Source of the DNA: Schmidtea polychroa
Lineage: Eukaryota
Direction: 5' to 3'
Length of the DNA stretch: 64,000 nt
Assembly (NCBI GenBank): GCA_044892525.1
Contig: CM097886.1
Location: 77,996,001-78,060,000 of the forward strand
Below the pieces are notes generated by a model. The model was not told the DNA's origin. It ran no database searches and worked only from the letters and a program-made list of their open reading frames with translations. Both the position numbers and the translations under genes were made by a program. Of this stretch, positions 46,429-55,106 are shown piece after piece (within the stretch, counting starts at the first letter, position 1; the number at the start of each line of letters is the position of its first letter).

Positions 46429-49017
46429 TTGACATGCTCGACATTGCCAGAAGTACCTAAAGTGCACTATCCAAAGGAAGCGTTAGAGTCAATTAAAGCT
46501 AAATTCAAAGAGTATAATCCTCAACTGAGTGATCCTGAATTACTGGAAGCAGAACAAACGAGGGCAAATACAATAGGTATATCGCACGATACTATCTTGA
46601 TGGTCAACAACCCAGTGAACTTGGATAAAAAGCCAATGATAAAAATAAGAGTGAACCGACATACAGTTAATGCGGTGATAGACTCAGGAGCAGATGGTAC
46701 CATAATTGAAGCTAAATTGTTAAACCATCATGAACTGCAATCGCTAAAACCGGCAGGAGTAAAATTAACAGGAGCAAACGGATCCTCATTAAACGTAATA
46801 GGGTCATTATCATGCCAGATTAAGCTTTGTGACCAGGAGCTCCATCACGACATCATAGTGATGAGAAGTCTCCCAGCCGAATGTCTATTGGGTATGGACA
46901 TCCTAAAAAGACTACGAGGAGTAGTATTCGACTGTGCTTCTGGATTGTTAATCCGAGCGAGAGGTAAAAAGAGAAAAATTTACAATGATGATACAGCTTA
47001 TATTGATCATACAACTATCATACCACCCAGAGCAGAAACTGTATGCTTTGTAGCTACAAGCAATAATTGGGAAGGTGAAGTTGTATTCGAACCAGATGAA
47101 AAGTTTTCGGAGAAATACAACATACCAGTTACTCATAGCGTAGGCTTAATAGTCAATGGCAGAATACCAATCAGGGTAGCCAATCTGGACATTAAACCAC
47201 TTTACTTATATCCAGATACCAGAGTGGGCAGAATCTGGAAACAAAACGAACCACAAGCCACGGGAGAAGGGTCGATACTCACCGTAAAGGCAGAAGAAAG
47301 AGATCCAGACATTGAGTACTATGATGCACCTACAGCAAACAGCAAAGTGCTAACTAGAAAAGAAAATATTCAAGTAAATATGTTATTGAGGAAATATGAC
47401 CAGGTATTCGCGAAACATGAATACGATCTGGGAAAGACAAACTTGTTAGAACATGAGATTGTTCTCACCAATACAAAACCTATAAAGTTGAGACCATACC
47501 GTATTCCATTCAGTCTGGAGGAATCAGTAGATAAACAGGTGAAACTGATGTTAAAACATGGCATAATCAGGCATAGTAAATCACCATATCAATCACCAAT
47601 GATAGTGGTGGCCAAGAAGGATGGATCAGTACGATTATGTAACGACTATCGCATGGTTAACGAAGCAACATGCAAAGATAGCCATCCATTGCCATTGTTA
47701 GATTATATCTATGGACGCATGAGAGACGCTAGGTTCTTCTCAGTAATGGACGCCCAAAAGGGATTTTATCAAATTAAGTTAAAAGATGAGACTATACCAA
47801 TAACAGCGTTCTCTACGAGTATGGGTCATTACGAATATAACGTAATGCCATTTGGACTCACAGGAGCTCCAGCCACATTTCAAAGAGCAATGAATTTGAT
47901 GCTCATGGATGTACACCATGCGATGGTATACATTGACGACGTCATCGTATTCTCGCCAGATTTGGAAAAACACTTGGAACATTTGGAAGATGTGTTCAAG
48001 AGGTTGATAAATGCCAACATGAAAGTGAAACCCACCAAATGTAAATGGGCTGAACCGGAAGTGGTATATGTTGGCCATATCATATCACGAGACGGGGTTA
48101 AACCCGATCCAGCTAATGTCGAAAAGGTAAAGAATTTCCCGGAGCCTAAAACCGTTAAACATATCAAAGGGTTTTTAGGTCTAGTTGGATACTACAGAAA
48201 ATTCATTAGAAACTTTTCGGTTATAGCTTTTCCACTCACGCAGTTAGAAGGCAAAAATGTCAAATTTGTGTGGGGAACAGAACAGCAAGAAGCATTTGAT
48301 ATGCTCAAGGAAAAACTCATCAAGCCACCTATATTGCGATTTCCAGACTTTGAGAGACAATTTTTGGTTATGACAGATGCCAGCACTCGGGGCATAGGTG
48401 CTGTGTTAGGTCAGAGAGATGACCTAGGAGATGAGTATGCAATTGCATACGCTAGCAGAGGATTAAAACCGCACGAAAGAAACTACGCAGTAATAGAACT
48501 AGAAGCTTTAGCAATTGTGTATGCTATAACCCAGTTTAGGACTTATCTATGGGGTCGAAAGATCATAGTGTATACCGATCATAGACCATTACAGTGGTTG
48601 ACGAAACACACAATGGATACATCACAACTGGTCAGATGGGCATTAATTTTACAGCCATATGACATAGAAATTCATTATAGAAAAGGAGATCATAATGGAA
48701 ATGCAGACGCTTTATCGAGAATGGACCAGGAGGAGGAAGCAGAAGATGTGAAGGAAGGACGTCTTGAAGGGACTATCTTCACACTGACTCGAGAAGCCAA
48801 CCGGCTAGCTGATTTAATGGAGGCACAAAAATCTGACGAAGAAATCAATGTTATTCGTCAAGCCCTGGAAGCGAAATACGTGCCCACAGAATTCGCGAAA
48901 TATTGGGAAAAGAATAAAGACAAATTTGTGCTGGAAGAGGGATTAGTGAAATACTCAGATGTAAGAGATAACGTTATAATGGTTCCTAAGAAATACCGTG
49001 AAGCACTCATGTTGTAG
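46429..49017 (+). CDS. pol: Pol part 1: aspartic protease, dUTPase-like spacer domain, reverse transcriptase, RNase H; ends at TAG 49015-49017 within the integrase N-terminal region
   Basis: VIDSGAD; RLCNDYR, GFYQI, YNVMPFGLTGAPATFQ, YIDD; MTDASTRGIGAVL, ELEALAI, YTDHRPL, NADALSR. Confidence 0.96.
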   Translation: MTCSTLPEVPKVHYPKEALESIKAKFKEYNPQLSDPELLEAEQTRANTIGISHDTILMVNNPVNLDKKPMIKIRVNRHTVNAVIDSGADGTIIEAKLLNHHELQSLKPAGVKLTGANGSSLNVIGSLSCQIKLCDQELHHDIIVMRSLPAECLLGMDILKRLRGVVFDCASGLLIRARGKKRKIYNDDTAYIDHTTIIPPRAETVCFVATSNNWEGEVVFEPDEKFSEKYNIPVTHSVGLIVNGRIPIRVANLDIKPLYLYPDTRVGRIWKQNEPQATGEGSILTVKAEERDPDIEYYDAPTANSKVLTRKENIQVNMLLRKYDQVFAKHEYDLGKTNLLEHEIVLTNTKPIKLRPYRIPFSLEESVDKQVKLMLKHGIIRHSKSPYQSPMIVVAKKDGSVRLCNDYRMVNEATCKDSHPLPLLDYIYGRMRDARFFSVMDAQKGFYQIKLKDETIPITAFSTSMGHYEYNVMPFGLTGAPATFQRAMNLMLMDVHHAMVYIDDVIVFSPDLEKHLEHLEDVFKRLINANMKVKPTKCKWAEPEVVYVGHIISRDGVKPDPANVEKVKNFPEPKTVKHIKGFLGLVGYYRKFIRNFSVIAFPLTQLEGKNVKFVWGTEQQEAFDMLKEKLIKPPILRFPDFERQFLVMTDASTRGIGAVLGQRDDLGDEYAIAYASRGLKPHERNYAVIELEALAIVYAITQFRTYLWGRKIIVYTDHRPLQWLTKHTMDTSQLVRWALILQPYDIEIHYRKGDHNGNADALSRMDQEEEAEDVKEGRLEGTIFTLTREANRLADLMEAQKSDEEINVIRQALEAKYVPTEFAKYWEKNKDKFVLEEGLVKYSDVRDNVIMVPKKYREALML

Positions 49018-51105
49018 TATCACGATGGAGCCTTAGGAGGCCACCTGTCATCTAGAAAAACATTGTCAAGGTTAAAACAGAAATACTTTTGGCCCGGTAT
49101 GAAATCAGATGTTAAAACCTGGTGTCAGACATGTAAGATCTGTATCACCAGAAGAAATACCGGAAAGAAGCCACACGTACCAATGAAGCCGATGCCAGTA
49201 CCATCTACACCTATGGAAATGACGGCAATGGACGTTTTGGGACCATTCAAAGAATCTAATAGCGGAAACAAATACATATTAGTTTTCTGCAACTACTTGA
49301 CTAAGTGGCCAGAGGCCTACCCGATGCCTAATCACAAAGCTGATACAATAGCTAGAATTTTCGTTGAACAAATTGTCTTTAGGTATGGAGTACCTACAAA
49401 GCTATTAACGGATCGGGGAGCTGATTTCATGAGTAATCTGCTCAAAGGAATAAATGATTATTTTGGAGTTCTAAAGTTGAACACTTCCCCATATCACCCA
49501 CAGACGGATGGGCTAGTAGAGCGATTTAATGGAACATTAGCTAATATGTTAGCATCATATGTAAATTCAGGGCAAACGGATTGGGACATCCACATTCCAT
49601 CCTGTTTATTTGCATACAGGAATGCAGTACACGAAGGAACAGGTGAGACACCATTTTACTTAATGTATCTGAGGCAAAGCAAAATGCCAGTAGATCTGTT
49701 GTTCTTCCCTAAAGCAACACAGTATTTAGATCAGGAAGATTATCTAATGGAAATGAGGGAAAGAATGCAGGAAGCATGGGCTAGAGCAGGTCTCAGTATA
49801 AAATATAATCAGGAGGCATCCAAAGATTATCATGACCGAAAAGCCAAGGATCATGGTATATTGGTTGGAGACCAGGTGATGTTGGAAAGTCATTATAACA
49901 AGAAAGGCTTATCACCAAAACTCATGCGAAATTTCAAAGGGCCATATGAGGTATTGAGAACCACGGATACAAATCTCATATTACAATTGTTGGCCAACAG
50001 AAAAGCAGAACCAATAATGGTGCATGCTAATCGGTGTAAAAAGTGCGAAATCTCAACAAAGGGAGCCTCTGGAAATCCAAAAGTAAAAGCACCAGAGAAA
50101 CAAGTGAAACCAAACACTACCGAAGAACCACAAGAACACCGATACCCATTGAGATCAAGGGGTGTTCCAAAATCGGTAACCATTTTGTTAATAATAAGCT
50201 GTATGATGACTTTGGCAATGGCAAAAAGGGATAGAAAGGCATACTTTCAGCCTATGGCGATGCAAGTGAAACATTTACACTTTATAAGAACGTATAACGG
50301 AATTAGCATTCTCACAACGTGCGATAATGCCACAAAATTCAGTTTACATTTCTACAACAAGTACTTGCGGGTCCGCCAACTCGATTCAGAAGAAAAAGAG
50401 TGGGATTTATATGATTTAAAAGCCGAGACGGATTATAAACTGCATATTGCAGCATCAAAGTTATATCAGAGTGGTTGGTATACCTATCACGTATCTAATT
50501 GGATCCTACGGACGGCAGATTTCACAAATCGCATATCGATATCCTACGAGAAGGAGAAAGTAAAGTTTAGCCAGCAAATTAACAGGGAGGAGAAGGTGAA
50601 AATCAGCATTCTAGACGGATCTACCACGAGAGGAACATTATGGTTAGATCAGAACTCCCCCTCCCAAGAAATGTATCTAAATCAGTCCGTAGAATATTCG
50701 GTTCTAGTTATATACTATAGTCCGAGGAAACGGGAGGACGATAGGTGGTTCGAGGTATTTGAGGAGATATTACCTCTGAGACAACCTGTTATAACGAAAA
50801 CACCACCAAAAGTCGTCAAGGAGAACATGGTGATACATCCCGCAATGTGGCAACATCTTAGACAGTTGCCACCTATCCAACAAATATCTTGCCAAACGCC
50901 CCCAAATCTGACAAACTGTTGTGACTGTAATGCCATCACGAACTTTAATGTTGGATATATTCTGAAAATACCCATAGGGGTATGGATTACGGTGTCGGCC
51001 GTACTATCGCTAGTAACTACACTAATAGCTATGGGTATTTGGACCAAGCTATATTTTAGACAAGCCATAAGGGCCTACGATGGAGTACTGATGTCGCAAT
51101 TATGA
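49018..51105 (+). CDS. pol: Pol part 2: integrase (same frame, after the stop) fused C-terminally to a signal peptide + FN3-like ectodomain + TM protein
   Basis: YHDGALGGH...CQTCKIC zinc finger, MDVLGPF, TDRGADF, SPYHPQTDGLVERFN, KGPY; integrase-type end RYPLRSR (50140-50160); then VTILLIISCMMTLAMA, LYDLKAETDYKLHIAA, and TM IPIGVWITVSAVLSLVTTLIAMGIW (about 50968-51043). Confidence 0.9.
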   Translation, partial: YHDGALGGHLSSRKTLSRLKQKYFWPGMKSDVKTWCQTCKICITRRNTGKKPHVPMKPMPVPSTPMEMTAMDVLGPFKESNSGNKYILVFCNYLTKWPEAYPMPNHKADTIARIFVEQIVFRYGVPTKLLTDRGADFMSNLLKGINDYFGVLKLNTSPYHPQTDGLVERFNGTLANMLASYVNSGQTDWDIHIPSCLFAYRNAVHEGTGETPFYLMYLRQSKMPVDLLFFPKATQYLDQEDYLMEMRERMQEAWARAGLSIKYNQEASKDYHDRKAKDHGILVGDQVMLESHYNKKGLSPKLMRNFKGPYEVLRTTDTNLILQLLANRKAEPIMVHANRCKKCEISTKGASGNPKVKAPEKQVKPNTTEEPQEHRYPLRSRGVPKSVTILLIISCMMTLAMAKRDRKAYFQPMAMQVKHLHFIRTYNGISILTTCDNATKFSLHFYNKYLRVRQLDSEEKEWDLYDLKAETDYKLHIAASKLYQSGWYTYHVSNWILRTADFTNRISISYEKEKVKFSQQINREEKVKISILDGSTTRGTLWLDQNSPSQEMYLNQSVEYSVLVIYYSPRKREDDRWFEVFEEILPLRQPVITKTPPKVVKENMVIHPAMWQHLRQLPPIQQISCQTPPNLTNCCDCNAITNFNVGYILKIPIGVWITVSAVLSLVTTLIAMGIWTKLYFRQAIRAYDGVLMSQL

Positions 51106-51228
51106 CAATTACAGACTCCCCCGAGGGAAAAATCATATATAAATATTTATATATATCTTAAAATCTATATTTACGTAGAGCTCCAGGTAGCATTAAAATT
51201 CAGCATATGTAGATCTTTTATAAGACTC

Positions 51229-53391
51229 ATGCATATCTTTTTAGCCTATTATGGCATATCAGTATATCTGATATTATGGTTAATGATTTTTATTTCAGGA
51301 ATGCAGAGCCACCCAATATCCCAATATCAAGGAAGACATAGCATTATACGTGCTACAACCTTACTAAAAGAAAAACTTATTTATAAAAACCTGGAGAAGC
51401 AGGTTATGGAGCAAAGTAGAAAAGGCCAAAGGCACTGGTTTTACGGACATTGTTCAGGCATACCCAATAATTTTAAATTTGACGAGGCCCCAAAGCGTCA
51501 AATGATCATCTCAAGAATCCCGGGTAAGCATAATGGTAGTTTTAGGCTTACCGATGTCATGCTTGAGTTTGGCAGACATAGTCTGACCAACCACCTGTGG
51601 ATACACGCCATTAACAAACCATTTACGGTTTATGTTCCTGGCGCCACAAACCCCATTTTGCTGCAAAAGCACACAACCGTCGAGATAGAAAATGGGGATG
51701 GAAGGGAAAAGAACATCTCACTGTTATGTGAAGGTATAGATACCATCATAGCAATGGAAATTCTGGAACCTCACAGAGAAACACAAACAAGATGGGTTAA
51801 TGACCCAAACTGGACATATAATGTCAACGATAACGACATTAAAACATTTAAGTCTTTCGTTAGACAGCGTTTGAACCCTAGACAAGAGGATAACCTCACC
51901 ATTTTCGTAGCAGCTCACTACGCTACACTACGACAATTCCTGAAACCGGCAATCGTGGCCATCTCGATCTCACACTTCAATGGTGATCTAATACTCAACA
52001 CGAGAGTTACCCCCAGAGCACAGGTCAAACATTACCAATCGCATGCGCATGGTATGACCGAGAAACAAATAACAGGACAGTTCGACGGAGAAGACTGTGC
52101 CGAAAGAATTAGAAAAATCTGCGATGGGAAGATCATCGTGGGATTGCTAGTAAAGGACCTATTAGAAGTAATCAGATTCCCAATGCAGCGCGCACTCGGA
52201 ATTCGTGAGTTAGGCGCAGCTAAATGCCTCGAAAGTAGGGAACTAAAGAAATGCAACGGGTATTACCGTTTGGCATATCTAGCAAAAGCAGTCACCGGTA
52301 AAGAGGCACATCACTTCTCGGACCTACAAACGGAGAATGATGTCACAACCATTAAGGAGATTTACGACAATTTACGAGACATCTGGGTTGATGACATTTC
52401 AACAGACACCCGGAAAGAGGTGGTGTCTTCACAAATAAAGCAGATGGAACCCGGAACCTCAAGCAGGCAGAAACCTCTAGCTATGGAGAGCTATGTGAAA
52501 GAAGATATCCCCAGGTCAAAGTTGTTGAAAATAGTGGAAGAAGATTCCTTGTCGCCGCCAGCCATTTCAATTGCTGATGAAGACGACTATGCCACTTGTG
52601 AGAGTGCAGACGATAACTGCCTCCAAGTCACCCTTACCAATGACGGTAGAGTGGTGAATTCGGCTAAAATGGAAATAGACAAACCACAGCCAGCAGAAAA
52701 ATTAGTTGAACGGGTCACCAAGATCCTGAAAGCATTGGCCCCGTTGGGTGAACCCAAACAAGGAGCAGAAGGAGGAACGTTACCCCAAGCTGTAGCACCA
52801 TTACTTAAGCTACAAGATTTGAAGTTTAAAAAGAAAACAACGGAGAAACTCCCCCAGAAAGAGGACAAGGAGAAAAATGTCCCTATCTCCGCAAAAAGGA
52901 AAAAGGAGATTCCTAAGAGTACGAAAAAGAAAATGCCTAGGATATCCATCCAGGATGAGGATGACGATCTCCTCGAAACCCACTATCAGCCACCAGATCC
53001 TGCGTTGACCAAGATATTGGCAACAAAGAGTGAACCCACGATTGCAGGAGAACCGATCGTCGTGAAGGAAGGCGAGTTCGTCGGAAGGGGCAACTCAATC
53101 AAAATACGGGAAGATCTCGACAGAGAAGATCCTAGTTGGTGGCAGAGACCCGACAGCAAATGGAAACCGCGTATCAAGGAATACGACGGAGGCCCAATCC
53201 ATGAAGTAGCCGTATCCAATTTCCCCGATTACGGAGTATTGGAGGCTAATGAGGGCTCATATATCATCTCCTCAATTGTGTACAAAGAGGTAAGTACACG
53301 GGAGACTTTGGTGGTCAGTTACAGACCTGACATTGTAGAACAAAGGATCCGTAACGAAAGTGCCAAGGTCATGAAAAGGAGAAAATACTAG
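51229..53391 (+). CDS. Accessory ORF4 (probably 696 aa from ATG 51301) with DEDDh/REX4-ISG20-like exonuclease fold, catalytic residues apparently altered
   Basis: Segment 51898-52375 follows the REX4/ISG20 pattern (AISISHFNGDLILNTRVTP, VKHY...HGMT, GKIIVG, IRE, RLAYLAKAVTG, ENDVTTIKEIY). Long stop-free ORF inside the element before the PPT. Confidence 0.7.
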   Translation: MHIFLAYYGISVYLILWLMIFISGMQSHPISQYQGRHSIIRATTLLKEKLIYKNLEKQVMEQSRKGQRHWFYGHCSGIPNNFKFDEAPKRQMIISRIPGKHNGSFRLTDVMLEFGRHSLTNHLWIHAINKPFTVYVPGATNPILLQKHTTVEIENGDGREKNISLLCEGIDTIIAMEILEPHRETQTRWVNDPNWTYNVNDNDIKTFKSFVRQRLNPRQEDNLTIFVAAHYATLRQFLKPAIVAISISHFNGDLILNTRVTPRAQVKHYQSHAHGMTEKQITGQFDGEDCAERIRKICDGKIIVGLLVKDLLEVIRFPMQRALGIRELGAAKCLESRELKKCNGYYRLAYLAKAVTGKEAHHFSDLQTENDVTTIKEIYDNLRDIWVDDISTDTRKEVVSSQIKQMEPGTSSRQKPLAMESYVKEDIPRSKLLKIVEEDSLSPPAISIADEDDYATCESADDNCLQVTLTNDGRVVNSAKMEIDKPQPAEKLVERVTKILKALAPLGEPKQGAEGGTLPQAVAPLLKLQDLKFKKKTTEKLPQKEDKEKNVPISAKRKKEIPKSTKKKMPRISIQDEDDDLLETHYQPPDPALTKILATKSEPTIAGEPIVVKEGEFVGRGNSIKIREDLDREDPSWWQRPDSKWKPRIKEYDGGPIHEVAVSNFPDYGVLEANEGSYIISSIVYKEVSTRETLVVSYRPDIVEQRIRNESAKVMKRRKY

Positions 53392-53685
53392 CAATTCGGC
53401 TATGTGTTCAATGGACCTAGCAATTTGCTATACGTCCTCAATCCCAACGCCTTCGACAACTCAATCCAATCCAGATATTCAAATTGATAGACATTATGAA
53501 CAACATTTGATTAATCTGATTCTTGATTTTGTTTAACAATTTTTGATTATTTTGATTTTGACTTTGATTGCTTTATATATATATTTTAATCAGTTGATTC
53601 ATTTTATTTTTATTTTTATTTTTTATGTATCTGCTGCAAATTGTCTTACCTTTACCGCTTTAATTTTCGGGACGAAAATCTTGTT

Positions 53686-53695
53686 AGGGGGAAGA
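53686..53695 (+). other. Polypurine tract
   Basis: AGGGGGAAGA two bases before the 3' LTR start at 53698. Confidence 0.85.
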
Positions 53696-53697
53696 CA

Positions 53698-54737
53698 TGT
53701 TGGGGTTCAGTAGGAACCGGAAATAAACGTTCGAAATTAGATAATAAATAAAATAATAATTAATTACCAAAATTAGGATTAAAATAAAAATAGTATTTTA
53801 AAATTACCAAAAATAGAAATTAAATACTAAAATTAAAATGAAAACATAATTAGTAATAAATAATTACTAAAAATAGAATTGTAGGAATTATTTAAAATAT
53901 ATAATAAAAATAGTAATTAAACAATTACTATTAATAGAATTACGTAAAATAAATTTGTATAAATAGCAGATAAAAAATTAGATGAAGGGACGAAGATAGG
54001 AGTGAGAAAAAACCGCAGTGATTAAAATTAGGAACCAATTCTATTTATAGTAACGATCAAGTTTCGTCAAGTGATAAGAATCGTATCGATTGAAAGAAAA
54101 TTAGTTTCGTAAATTTTTGGGAATTTATTTCTGTGCACATAGACAGTTGGATTACAGAAATCGTGATAATTATTGGAAATATCAAATCGATAGTTAATTT
54201 GTGGAATAATTATTAAAACTCTCTTCAGTACTATTTAAGGAATATCAGTTAGTTTTATCAATATTTTAATTATTAATATTTGAATAATTGTAAAGGTATT
54301 TATAAAGGGTTTATTTGCTTTAAATAAATTTAGGGGATATCCTGACGTCAGCACGAATTTTGTGTTGTCTCGTTAGTAATATTTATTAAAAAGAATTAAC
54401 CAATTTCTGGGTTAATTCTATAGCGTAAATTTTGGTGATTGTCCCGTTCTCTTTTCCTTTCACCTACATCGGGCTGTTGGCGCATTTAGGGCCAGCCTTG
54501 ATACTTAGTAACACTCTTCAGGGCGGTTTGAATAACCGTTTTCTATACTTAGAGAAAGCAGCGCGGTGTAACTATATTTATACATATTTAAACGTGTAAC
54601 TAACTTTTAATTGAAAATAAATATTGGAAACATATCTCTTATTTATTTATTTGATTACCTACGCGCATAAATTATTTACTTGGAGTCAGATAGAACATTT
54701 TTGTGTTAGTTCGAAGACATACCCATCGAACCTAACA
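53698..54737 (+). repeat. 3' LTR (1040 bp)
   Basis: Direct repeat of 39906-40945. Confidence 0.97.
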
Positions 54738-55106
54738 TTTTGTTTTAATTCTTATTTTCTAATTATTGTTTCTCTTATTTCTTATTCTATTTATTCCTGA
54801 ATTTATTTATTTTATTTTTATTTTCCTTTAATATCTTACTATCTCATTGTTTATATTTTTGAAAGTTCAGTTTTTGACTCAGCCCAATAAATGCCATAAA
54901 ACCGCCTTTGGTTGAAGTAGAGAGTTGGATTCGGCATTCTTGGGGAAAAATTAATACGAATATTATCAATAATGGGCTACGCGCATCATATCTATTATAC
55001 AATCAGAATTTTAGTGAAACTTTAATTTACAATCAAGAAATATACGGCGAAAAAATCAGAGCTGCACTTGATAATTTACGTAATCAGGATATCAGTGCAT
55101 CCAGTC

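Larger units (their letters stand above)
39906..54737 (+). mobile_element. Full-length env-bearing Ty3/gypsy-type LTR retrotransposon, 14,832 bp, order gag-env-pol-(membrane protein)-ORF4
   Basis: Two 1040-bp TG...CA LTRs, PBS, PPT, 4-bp TSD TTTT (39902-39905, 54738-54741; low complexity), PR-RT-RH-INT domain order. Confidence 0.97.
39449..54883. mobile_element. ~600-bp solo-LTR-like or MITE-like element (39449-39905 plus 54742-54883) that is the direct host of the large LTR element
   Basis: 13-bp terminal inverted repeat GCTGAGTCAAAAA (39449-39461) / TTTTTGACTCAGC (54871-54883); T-rich sequence continuous across the insertion; internal 24-bp direct repeat CTATTGAATGTTGAAATTAACGGT. No TSD found. 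Confidence 0.55.

Noticed and set aside
41009-53219. Many short antisense ORFs across the LTR element and the hAT transposases
   Set aside because: Shadows of long sense ORFs, with no independent motifs.
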